A stretch of DNA of 64,000 nt from NCBI GenBank assembly GCA_002269645.1, contig NIVC01003755.1, forward strand, positions 14,610 to 78,609, written 5' to 3'. The translations under genes were made by a program, and so were the position numbers. The stretch comes from Macrostomum lignano. Taxonomy: Eukaryota. Shown here in pieces: positions 12,444 to 24,300 of the stretch; positions within the stretch are counted from its first letter, which is position 1, and each line of letters begins with the position of its first letter. Below the pieces are notes generated by a model, which had not been told where the DNA came from, ran no database searches, and saw only the letters and a program-made list of their open reading frames with translations.

Positions 12444-13387
12444 GTTTTCCAGAGTGACGAGCGGTTGAAGCCTGAGCTGCAAAGATGCATCCTAAAAAGT
12501 AGCAAGGCAAAATGCGGTTATGTTTCCCGGAGGCTAAAAGTGCAATATAAAAGGCCGATGAAAATTCGACATACCGAGCAGCAGGAACAGTACCCAGGAA
12601 GGCAGCAGTCGTTGAACCATGATTCCAAAGATATTCGACGACTTCAATTACGCTTCAGAAGAACTGTCTGCTTCAATGGGCCGAGCAGTCTGTCGCGATC
12701 TGGGCAAGATTAAGTAGTCTCGAGAGCGTGGGAAAGTCAAGATGTTTTCGAGCTGTCGTGGAGCAGCTTATCACCCAGATGCAGCAGCTTAATGTTAGCA
12801 GTGTGATAAAGGTGTTGATTGAGAAAGACGGCCTAGCAGGTGGGGCAAACAGCGGGCCAAAATCAAACAGTGCACCGCGTCAGTCCAGCATTGGCTGGCT
12901 CTCTTTAAATAATGTCAATGAAAACAGGAGTGCGATGGGGATGGGGAATAGAGGCCCAGGGTCGATTGTCCAGCAGCCAATGGCGGGCCGCTCCCCACCG
13001 AGCTGACAGGTCGGCCAGCCATAGGCTGTCGCAGGCGGAGCTCGAAAGAATTGTTAAATTGAAAATTTTTAAACTCAAGACTGCATTCGATTCGAAATTA
13101 GATTTCGACATCAAAACACTGTTAACTACAATAGGAAAACAGTAATCAGTATACTTGTCTCAGTTTCAGCCTAAATTTGCTAGAGAACAAAGAGGCTAAA
13201 AATGTAGCAAATAGTGGCCAAAAAGTCTTAGTAAGACAGAGATAGGAATAACTTAATTAATAATTATTCCCAATTGGCATTGTAGCCAGCATTACTGTGC
13301 GCATTTTGGACACTCGTTTAACAACAGCAGCCAATGGAAATGATGGAGAATGTTCACAATATTCAACATACCGATATGTATCGACCA

Positions 13388-14536
13388 TCAGTGGATTAGC
13401 TACCAAACTTACCCTTTATATTCAGCGGATTATCTACCAGCTTTACCCTTGATATTCAGGGGATTATCTACCAGCTTTACCCTTGATATTCAGCGGCTTA
13501 TCTACCAGCTTTACCCTTGATATTCAGAGGATTATCTACCAGATTTACCCTTGATATTCAGGGGATTATCTACCAGCTTTACCCTTGATATTCAGCGGAT
13601 TAGCTACCAGATTTACCTTTGATATTCAGCGGATTATCTACCAGATTTACCTTTGATATTCAGCGGCTTATCTACCAGCTTTACCCTTGATATTCAGCGG
13701 ATTAGCTACCAGATTTACCTTTGATATTCAGCGGATTATCTACCAGATTTACCTTTGATATTCAGAGGATTATCTACCAGATTTACCCTTGATATTCAGC
13801 GGATTATCTACCAGATTTACCCTTGTTATTTAGCGGATTATCTACCAGCTTTACCCTTGATATTCAGCGGATTATCTACCAGATTTACCTTTGATATTCA
13901 GAGGATTATCTATCAGATTTACCCTTGATATTCAGGGGATTATCTACCAGCTTTACCCTTGGAATTCAGCGGATTATCTACCAGATTTACCCTTGATATT
14001 CAGCGGATTATCTACCAGATTTACCCTAGATATTTAGCGGATTATCTACCAGATTTACCCTTGATATTCAGGGGATTATCTACCAGATTTACCCTTGATA
14101 TTCAGGGGATTATCTATCAGATTTACCCTTGATATTCAGGGGATTATCTACCAGCTTTACCCTTGGAATTCAGCGGATTATCTACCAGATTTACCCTAGA
14201 TATTCAGCGGATTATCTACCAGATTTACCCTTGATATTCAGGGGATTATCTACCAGATTTACCCTTGATATTCAGGGGATTATCTACCAGATTTACCCTT
14301 GATATTCAGCGGATTATCTACCAGCTTTACCCTTGATATTCAGCGGATTATCTACCAGATTTACCCTTGATATTCAGGGGATTATCAACCAGATTTACCC
14401 TTGATATTCAGCGGATTATCTACCAGATTTACCCTAGATATTCAGCGGATTATCTACCAGATTTACCCTTGATATTCACCAAATTAGCTACCAGATTTAC
14501 CCTAGATATTCACCAAATTAGCTAACAAATTTACCC
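13388..14536. repeat. 34-bp minisatellite (TTACCCTTGATATTCAGCGGATTATCTACCAGAT)
   Basis: Visible tandem array. Confidence 0.95.
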
Positions 14537-15316
14537 GGCAACCCTTTGATCGGCAGTATAAGATCGGGAAAAATACAAATGAAATCAACTTGTTAGCGGT
14601 AAAAAAGTACAAGGAAAAACTACCCAGTGAAAAAGAGAAATAAAGAGAGAGAGACATTCGTTGGCATCCACTGCCGTGTCATGAAACAGTGCAGTCGAAA
14701 AACGTTCGAGCAACAGGCGGATTTCAATTTCTTCGATACATGGGAATTCGCGCGGCCGAAATCGCACTGTATGAAAATGAAACTGGCATAAATAAAAAGT
14801 ATATGATCAAAAAAACACAGCGCAGTCGAGGGCCTGTCATTGCAAAGAAATCGATCACGAAGTACTACGAGCTACCATAGCTAGTTCAATACGCTAAGTA
14901 ATAAAAAGGCTACTACTATAAAATTAAACAGTAGAAAAACAAATTATTAACGGCTTCGAATATAATCTGATGATACCTGATGATGATGACTCGTACAGCG
15001 GCACAGACGTTCTTGACGTCAGGCATTCAGGCATGTACAGCCAGCCAGCAAGTAAAATCGCTTTCAGTCTAATTAAAACAACTACCGGAAGTTCAGTTGA
15101 GTGCGAAAAACTAATTAACTCTTAACTCTTATAACAAGAACGGATAGACAGTTAATATAAGGAAAGAGACAGGTGCCACAAAACTGAACGAAATCAGGAT
15201 CGATATAAAAATCGATAATGTAATACACACTAATGGAATAACAGACCGTCAGTTAAAGAATGCTGAAGAAAATCAATTGGAAATTTAATTGGCCAACGCC
15301 TACTGCAGTGCCAGCG

Positions 15317-18300
15317 CTACACACTTAGGCAGACGTCCAAGAATCCCATGGCGATGTCGTCAACAATGGTGGGATCCGGGATCTTCTGGGCTGTGCCGTA
15401 GATGGCTCCCTGCATGATGAAGGCGGCAGATGTGTTCTGTATGATACCCCTGCTGTGTCCGTCACTGACTGTAGCAACCCCTGCTGTGTCCCTCACCGAC
15501 TGTAGCAACCCCTGCTGTGTCCCTCACCGACTGTAGCAACCCCTGCTGTGTCCCTCACCGACTGTAGCAACCCCTGCTGTGTCCCTCACCGACTGTAGCA
15601 ACCCCTGCTGTGTCCCTCACCGACTGTAGCTACCCCTGCTGTGTCCCTCACCGACTGTAGCTACCCCTGCTGTGTCCCTCACCGACTGTAGCTACCCCTG
15701 CTGTGTCCCTCACCGACTGTAGCAACCCCTGCTGTGTCCCTCACCGACTGTAGCTACCCCTGCTGTGTCCCTCACCGACTGTAGCAACCCCTGCTGTGTC
15801 CCTCACCGACTGTAGCTACCCCTGCTGTGTCCGTCACCGACTGTAGCTACCCCCTGCTGTGTCCGTCACCGACTGTAGCTACCCCCTGCTGTGTCCCTCA
15901 CCGACTGTAGCAACCCCTGCTGTGTCCCTCACCGACTGTAGCTACCCCTGCTGTGTCCGTCACTGACTGTAGCAACCCCCTGCTGTGTCCGTCACTGACT
16001 GTAGCAACCCCCTGCTGTGTCCGTCACTGACTGTAGCAACCCCCTGCTGTGTCCGTCACTGACTGTAGCAACCCCCTGCTGTGTCCGTCACTGACTGTAG
16101 CAACCCCCTGCTGTGTCCGTCACCGACTGTAGCTACCCCCTGCTGTTAATGTACTTATTATTGCAAAATTGTTTCAACTGAACATGAAAACGTGTCCAAT
16201 CTGCTCACCATCCCGACGTCCTTGGCGGTGGGATCCTTGAGCAGCGCGGCGGCGGATTCGTGGATATCCTCAATCAGCCGCTCGGCAACGCCAGGCTGGG
16301 TGTGCACATATGTGCAGCAGATGTGGAAACTGCGGATAGAATAGAAAAAATTCCGTAATGAAAGCAGGTAAAGACTCTAATCATTGCAGGCATTCGTGTG
16401 TAAAATGCGAGTCAAGTACGAGCCTCTATAACCATATTTGGTGCAGAAATTGATATACGTTTTGTGAAGACACGACAGCGAGCCACACAAAAGCTAACCA
16501 GAATCCAGGATTTTAACGGGGGGTCACCTGACCTCCCCTGACCCCCTTCAGATCCGCCAGTGAGTTTAAGCTCCAAGCTTGAGACACTTTTAAGCAATAT
16601 AACTATGAAAAAATCAAACGGAAAACTCTGTTTTCCAGAGGATCACAACCCCTTAATTTTGTCCGGGGTCAAGCGACCCCCTTGACCCCCCCCCTCGGGA
16701 TCAGTCAGCAAGTTCAAGCTCCGAGAAAAAAATATTTTTGAGCGATATAACTACGAAAAGACAAACCGTTTTTTTTGTTTTCCGGGGGTCATGACCTATG
16801 AGTAATTTTGTCGAGGGGGGGGTCAACCGACCCCCTTGACCTCCCCTGGATCGACCAGAGTTCTATTCGATAGATGAAAGCTGGAACTGAACAAAAATAG
16901 CTAGAAGAGTCCGTCCTATTCCCAGGCAGAAGGTCGGGTACTAGCGAAGGAGAAACGGAAAGTCAAATATTGACCCTAAGCTGTGTACTCTGGCGACTTG
17001 AAAAAAGGAAACACGAGATGCCACAAGGCGGCACTACCTGCAGCTGGCAGTTAAGGAAAAATTCTATGAACCCTACCCAACTGCGGTTCATATGCCCGAT
17101 CGAATTTCTCAATTCCCCTCACCTGGCCGGCTTCTGCAGCATGTTGAGACTCCAGCCTTTCTCTTTGAGCGCGTCCGCCAGGCGGTAGGCGCTGAAATGG
17201 TCGCTGCCGATGCCGATGACGCTCATCTGCGGGTCCCCCATCAGCTTCACGCCCTCGATCTGCTGCACTCTGCCGATCCGTGTATGGGGGGTGGGGTGCG
17301 TTCACCTTCTAGCAACATTAACTGTATGAGGAATGAGAGCACCGAGGATCCATGGGGTGCAGAGGGGAATAAGAGCACCGAGGATCCATGGGGTGCAGAG
17401 GGGAATGAGAGCACCGAGGATCCATGGGGTGCAGAGGGGAATGAGAGCACCGAGGATCCATGGGGTGCAGAGGGGAATGAGAGCACTGAGGATCCATGGG
17501 GTGCAGAGGGGAATGAGAGCACCGAGGATCCATGGGGTGCAGAGGGGAATGAGAGCACTGAGGATCCGTGGGGTGCAGAGGGAAATGAGAGCACCGAGGA
17601 TCCATGGGGTGCAGAGGGGAATGAGAGCACTGAGGATCCGTGGGGTGCAGAGGGAAATGAGAGCACCGAGGATCCATGGGGTGCAGAGGGGAATGAGAGC
17701 ACTGAGGATCCGTGGGGTGCAGAGGGGAATGAGAGCACCGAGGATCCATGGGGTGCAGAGGGGAACGAGAGCACTGAGGAATCATGGACTGACTCACCCG
17801 GCTTTAATCTTGCGCGCAGTTCCGACAATCTTTTTTGTGGCATCGACGTAGCCTTCAAGGCCGAAGTGCAGCAGAGTGGCCCAACAGGCGGCGATCACGG
17901 CGCCAGGACGAGAGCCTGTCCAGTATTTAAAAAAAACTGGGTTTATCAATTAAAGTTAAAGAAATTAGAAAATAATAATACCAATTATCAACCCACCCGG
18001 CATTGTTGGTGAAGCGTAGAAGCCGCCGCACCAGCCGGTATAGGAGAAAAATTGCTGCTTGCGATATTCGGCGTTGCGGTACAACAGCACTGAGGAACCT
18101 TTCGGTGCGAAAGCGTACTGTGGGGTTAAGGTTAAAAAATGTAGCGTACATGTTTATTGGCGTGTGTACTTTGTGTGGAGTAGGATTCTGTCCTCCGGAG
18201 TGAGGTGGGTCGCTGTGTATTTGGATTCTCTGACTTCGGGAGTGAGGTGGGTCGCTGTGTACATTTGGATTCTCTGACTTTGGGAGTGAGGTAGGTCGAA

Positions 18301-21300
18301 ATGTACATTTGGATTCTCTGACTTCGGGAGTGAGGTGGGTCGCTGTATACATTTGGATTCTCTGACATCGAGAGTGAGGTGGGTCGCTGTGTACATTTGG
18401 ATTCTCTGACTTCGGGAGTGAGGTGGGTCGCTGTGTACATTTGGATCTCTGTCCTCCGGAATGAGGTGGGTCACTGTGTACATTAGGGTTCTCTATCCTT
18501 ACCTTGTGCGTGTCACAAGAAATGCTGGTCACACCAGGCACGCGGAAGTCGACTGGCTCTAGCGGGAAACCGGCCTGTTCCATGAATGGCAACAGAAAGC
18601 CGCCAAGGCAGGCGTCAACGTGGACTGGCACGCCGTATTTGAGGCCCAGCTAGAGGGTTGGGCGGTGGACATCATTAAGGACGGAATACGTACGGATACA
18701 AGCAAAATTTCACGTATTCGATCGGCTTTCGATGATTTGCACGAAATTGTTTTATTATACATACATGCGGTTTCATAATACATAATTCACAGCTAATGAC
18801 CCTAGGGGACAAGTTTGCTCCCTCACTGCAGTCAGCATTTTTCCCTCGTTATTTATGCAGAAAATGCGTCAGCATAGAAAATAAAACTCTTAAATAAATT
18901 CGGTAACTAAACAAACCAGATGGCCTCAGATTGGACACACAGGAATTCCACCTACTCAATTCCAATTAAGTATGTTTTGCGTGGCAAGCTAAATTACTGC
19001 CTTCGAGGTATAAAAGCTTGAAGCTAAATTTTCCAAGCAGAAACTGCTTTCCGGATTGCGTCTGAGCGCGCATATCGAAGATAGCTGGGAAGGCTGCATA
19101 AGCGCGCAAGCGAATGACAGACAGCAGCAAAAACTGAAAGCTGCAATTTTCGTCGCTTTTTACATCAATAATGTGATTTGATAGCTCAATGAGGACTCTG
19201 GATTTTGTACTCAAACCAATCTTACTCTAATTTCCACTGGACCCTATAAAAATGCGCGCTAACGACAAAACCCCAGATAGAGCAAGGGAATCGCCTGAGC
19301 CTAAGAATGAATAGAAGAAGTTAGAAGTTAAGCAGCCACTTTGGACAGGAGTTCTCGATTTAAACCTGTTGACACGGTTGTTAAATACTTGTAGCCCACT
19401 TACATGTACTGCGCTTACTAATGACAAAGATCGCTTAACAGAACTTTATTTATTGTTACGTTACTCTTGCAGGTGCTTATTCGACATTTTTGAGTCACGT
19501 GAAGTTCTAATGGACGCCACTAACGCGAGTCAAAACTGTATGCTTATTGGTTATAACTAAACAAAGTCAGTTTTTAGTGGCATTAGTCGACTGTAGACGT
19601 TCCCAAGTAGAGTAAAAACACTGCCAGTACCAACACAATGATGTTTTAAGGGCTCAAGAAAAAAGCAACGAGGCCCGGAGGATAGAAATGTAATTAGGAA
19701 ACATCTGCTACTGTCAAAGGATTTGACAACTGTGCAGAAGACGCAGCGCCTAGTTAGAAAGATCATCGGCTAACTAGAAAGTAGGAATTTTTAGTAAAAC
19801 TAGGCGGCTAGCACTCAAGTTGTTCAAATTAAAAATTGATTGTCTTCAAATGAGGTTAGAAATCTCCTAATCTCTAAGAGAAAAAAGGGGGCAAATCCGA
19901 TTATTCGGTAAAGACATTGAAATAGAGTGCAGACTAACTCGAACGTCCGCAAAAGCACCGAAAGAAGACGAACGGAAAGAGGTCGACAATCGGTAGGATG
20001 TTAACCAGCTTCACAGGACAGTGAGAGGGTCGCATTGATTGCTCTTAAGATAATGCTTCTAGTTTAAAGACGTTGAGAATTTAGCGATGGTCAAGCAAAA
20101 AAATGTGCCAAAGAGGCAGAGACGATTATATTGGTAAGGCTCAGTCTATGGCTCATGGCTCATCTTTCGTTTCGGTCTATGGCTCATCTCCTAGTATCAG
20201 GCGATTCTTTGTATGTAATCCACGGCATGTGCGACTCCGGCGGAGATAATGGGTGGTTAGACGAAGGTCGGAACTCAGGATAATGGGTGGGGGCACGAGT
20301 GTGCTAAATTCAGCAACGCCTAGATCACGAGTGCGCGTAGCGCACGAGTGTCTATGGTGTTGCTGAATTCAACGCACGAGTGCCCCCACCCATTATCCTG
20401 AGTTCCGACCTTTGTCTAGCTTCATTGTCGCTCGGAAGTACCATAGACAAAATATTTGGTTGAACCTGTATGGCCATAGGCTGCTTATCATAGTTTTTGG
20501 CCATAGACTGTTTTCAAAGAAGAAAGGCACAGAGGAGAGAGAGGGTGGAGAAAATGAAAGCTCTCAAATAACCCTGCTACAAGAAAAGCATCATGGCAGA
20601 CCAAGTGCATCTGATTAACTGGGCTAACTTGCCGATTAGTTGTCTCTCTGGTGTCACACGCTCCGAAATGGATTTTATTTCAATGCTATCGACTTCGGGA
20701 AACGACTTCGCAGTTGACGAAGACCTAGCCACATTTATCAAGTACATCGAAGAGGGAGGAGCAAGTGACGAATTGCCGTTGCTACCGGATGAAAATGAAG
20801 ACGTGGAAGAAGTCTCATGCATGACCGAAGGACCGGCAGTGCCGCTCGATATAACTGAAACGATGGCACGCGAAGAAGTTGCAAGTTTGCCGAGCAAGAC
20901 TCGGGAGCAGATGTTGGCATACGGCTCAAGTTTTGTCAACTTTCTAGCTGAGCATGGAGCAGCCGTGCACGAATTGACTACTGCCACGCTGGCAGAGTTT
21001 CTGAGGTATTTCTATTTCAAACTACGACGCGCTGACGGAGGCAGCTATTCGCCGTCAAGCCTAGTCTGCATACGTGCTGGAATCCAACGCTATTTGACAA
21101 TGATTGCGGGACTCAACATTAACATTCTTAGCGGAGAAGAATTTTCCGGAGCTAATCGTCTACTGCGGTTCAAAGTCCGTGAGTGGCAATCCTCAGGAGG
21201 TCAGGTTCGACCGTTTCCTCCAATTGAGGAAGGAGACATGCAAAAGCTGCGTCTTTACTTTGACCGCTCAACTGCCGAAGTTACACAGGACGAGATGCTG

Positions 21301-24300
21301 TTTCGGCTGCTGTACGGACTGGGAGAACGAGGCAGAGAGCACCTTGCGAGCTTGGAGACAAAGGATTGGTTAGAGAAGAAAAGCGACTCAGACGGAAGGA
21401 TATACTACGCACTATCATCGTCGAAGACCAAGAACAGGACAGCTGATCCGGCGAAAGCCAAAAGAGACGTCGAAATCAAGCAGGCCAGGATATATGACAC
21501 AGCAATTATAGATGAGTATTTGTCTCTCCTGCCTGGTGAAACGAAGGACAATTCTCTGTTCCCAAGACCGCTAAGAAATTCGCCGACTGGAGCACGGCGG
21601 TTTTGTGCTAAGCAGAAGAGAGGCGTAAACTATCTCAACAACTTTATGAAGACGCTGAGTGGGAAGGCCAAGCTATCCAAAGTTTACACCAACCACTGCA
21701 TCAGGCAAATCTCCTTTGCCAAAGGTGTAGCTTAATTTAGCCTTTAGGCAATGCCTCAAGATGCTTACAATTGTGTAATACCGTTTGCCCAATATTTTAG
21801 AGTCAGCAGGGTGTGCGACTTAGAAGCAGCTGGGCATTCCATGGCCGACATCATGGCGATAACTGGCCAGAAGTGCGAAAAAACCGTTCGCCGATATCTC
21901 TCAATCAGACGTGACAAGGTGCTAAAGAAGTGCAGCGACGCCGTAACCAAGGTACTGGACATGGAGAAAAACACTACACCTGATTCAAACGGCCATGTTA
22001 TTACGAGCGCGTGCCCATCAGCCAGTACAACAGATAGCCCAGCAATCAACACGAGCGTGTGCCCAGTCAACATCCAGAGCTCAACGGTCCAGGAGGCGGT
22101 CAACTTCGCAAACGCTCATCCAAATGGCAAGAACATCTTCGTTATGCAAAACTGCACGTTCAACCAATGCAGTCTGTGAGAATTTATGGGCAACTGACAC
22201 TATATGCCAAAATTTCAAGAGTATTTCCTAGTTTTTTGTTACCTTTTTGTTACTGTGCATTGTTGTATTGAATTTTATTGTTACTGTGTGGTATGCTGTT
22301 TTCTAAATAAATTGTGGACATTATCCACAAGTCGTGGACATTATCCAGAACTCAAGGACATTATCCAGAAGTGACGCTAGAACCACAGGCTATAAAGTGA
22401 AATCAAAGTTGCGACAGTTTTTACCATAGACAAAACATTATCTAAAAGCACTGACTAGCGACAATGGGTTATCTCCGCTATCCATGTATATCCATCTCGT
22501 TGGTTTGTCTAGGGTAGCAGAGTTACGCTACTGATTATCACCGCTCATTTAATACTGGGGGAATAGACGAGGCGCACAGGCAAAGTGGATTACATTCGGT
22601 TTCGTAATGCTAAGTTACATGCTAAGTAAACGGACATGCAAAGTTAAAAGCCTATAGAACAAATACGCTCGTATGGGTTGGGCCATAGACAACACGCAAA
22701 TTTTTGACTGAGAACAAGCAAGCCTGCAGTTGGACATCCAAACTTGCCATTTATGGCCGCGAAGTTGATCAGGCTTGCCCGATTCCAGGCTTGATTGTCT
22801 TTCATTCGAATTTCTGAGTCAAAAACTAGCTTGTATCATGGAAAAACCAATACTACATTGACAGTAGAAGTATACCAAGGGGTGGGAATCCCCCAGTTTT
22901 TACTGCGATGGAACGGAACAACGCTAGCTTTTTGTTGCGCACCTTCTCAAACAATAATAAAGTCGTAAGCCATCCGGACCGTCGAGATTGTCGTATCGTG
23001 CAACTCAGCGAGTGTACACTGATTGCTCGATGTACTATTCTTTTGACTTTACTGACCAAATCTTTGATTGAGCGCGGTGACCTTTTCTTCTGTTCTTAGA
23101 GTGTGAAATTCTTTTAAACCCATCGTATTATTAAATATGTAGTGCAGTACATGTATGTACGTTGTTATAAGACCCATAGCGCTGATGAATTTTTCATGCG
23201 TTTATTTTTATCATAATATATAAACATCGGCTTGTAAGCTTACTCGTGCTTAAAAAACTGTAGACTTGTTTCAGAGATAGAGTCAACGATTCTGCCAGGT
23301 CCGGATTTTTTCCACAAGCGCTAGTGTAATTCAGTACACCTCTGTTCGCCAATCAGCACTGCGTCTCAGTGCGGCTTTGTAAAGCCTCGAAATTTTATCA
23401 GCACATCGACCAAACGTATCTCAACATTGACCAAAGGACTTCGTTGGTCAATTGCATTCACCCAAGCGGAGTTTCTGGACCCTCAACAGGTGGCACCAGG
23501 TGACTATGGAGCGTGTTCTTGAATTTCGTGTGCTTGCTTTGCTCCGTTCTGGCGCAGCAAACAAAATTGTCTGTCGAGGGGATTCCCCCGATGGTACTTC
23601 GACGGGCGGAAATCCTACTTGGTATTCCTTCTATTAAGGCAAGTAGGCGGTAAGTCTACTTAAGCGAAAGACAAGATAAACAGGAAATACAAGAACTATA
23701 AACAATTAATGCGCTTAACTCGAAATAATTCTCGAAAGATTCGAGAACGAAATTTGGGAGCAGATGTTATTGTAATGAAGGCTTATGAGGTAGTTAGCGC
23801 ATTAGTTTATTGACTTAAAACACTGAATCATTTAGTCCTTTACGAACTGAATACTCAAACATACGGTGTGACCCCTGAGCGTTAATTATAAAGGCACAAG
23901 ATGAAGTATAGTTTACTATTCTTTCATTATGTCGACAAGTTCGTGTGCGAATAAGCATAATCAATCATTCCACAAACTTGTTTCAGTAACAGAAAAAAAC
24001 TTGCATATAAATTAGCAAATTTCTACTTAATGAACAGAATTGAAAGCCGAAAACTGGACGAATCTAATTATAATAGATTTTTTTGCAAGTACTTTTCTTT
24101 AGACTAATGCTGGACTAACAACTTCTGAGATTCGAGAGACCCGGGACTCTCGAAAGATCATGATTATTTAACGAATTATGTTTTCGTTAGCAAGGTACCG
24201 AGATTACCGTGGAGCATGAAGACGGTCTGGAAAAGTGGCTGTCTAGCCTACAGAAGAATACAAAGAAAAAGTATAGAACAGACCAGAAGTACGGCAGACC

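Noticed and set aside
11650-13145. Coding-like fragments around array B, including an acceptor at ~12452
   Set aside because: No consistent reading frame or homology.
16495-16860. Three GGGGTCA..GACCCC hairpin modules in SGPL1 intron 12
   Set aside because: Probably a non-autonomous element, but the ends and TSD could not be defined.
17092-18012. 306-aa ORF with [12 protein letters not shown] repeats
   Set aside because: Antisense read-through of SGPL1 exons and an intronic 36-bp array.
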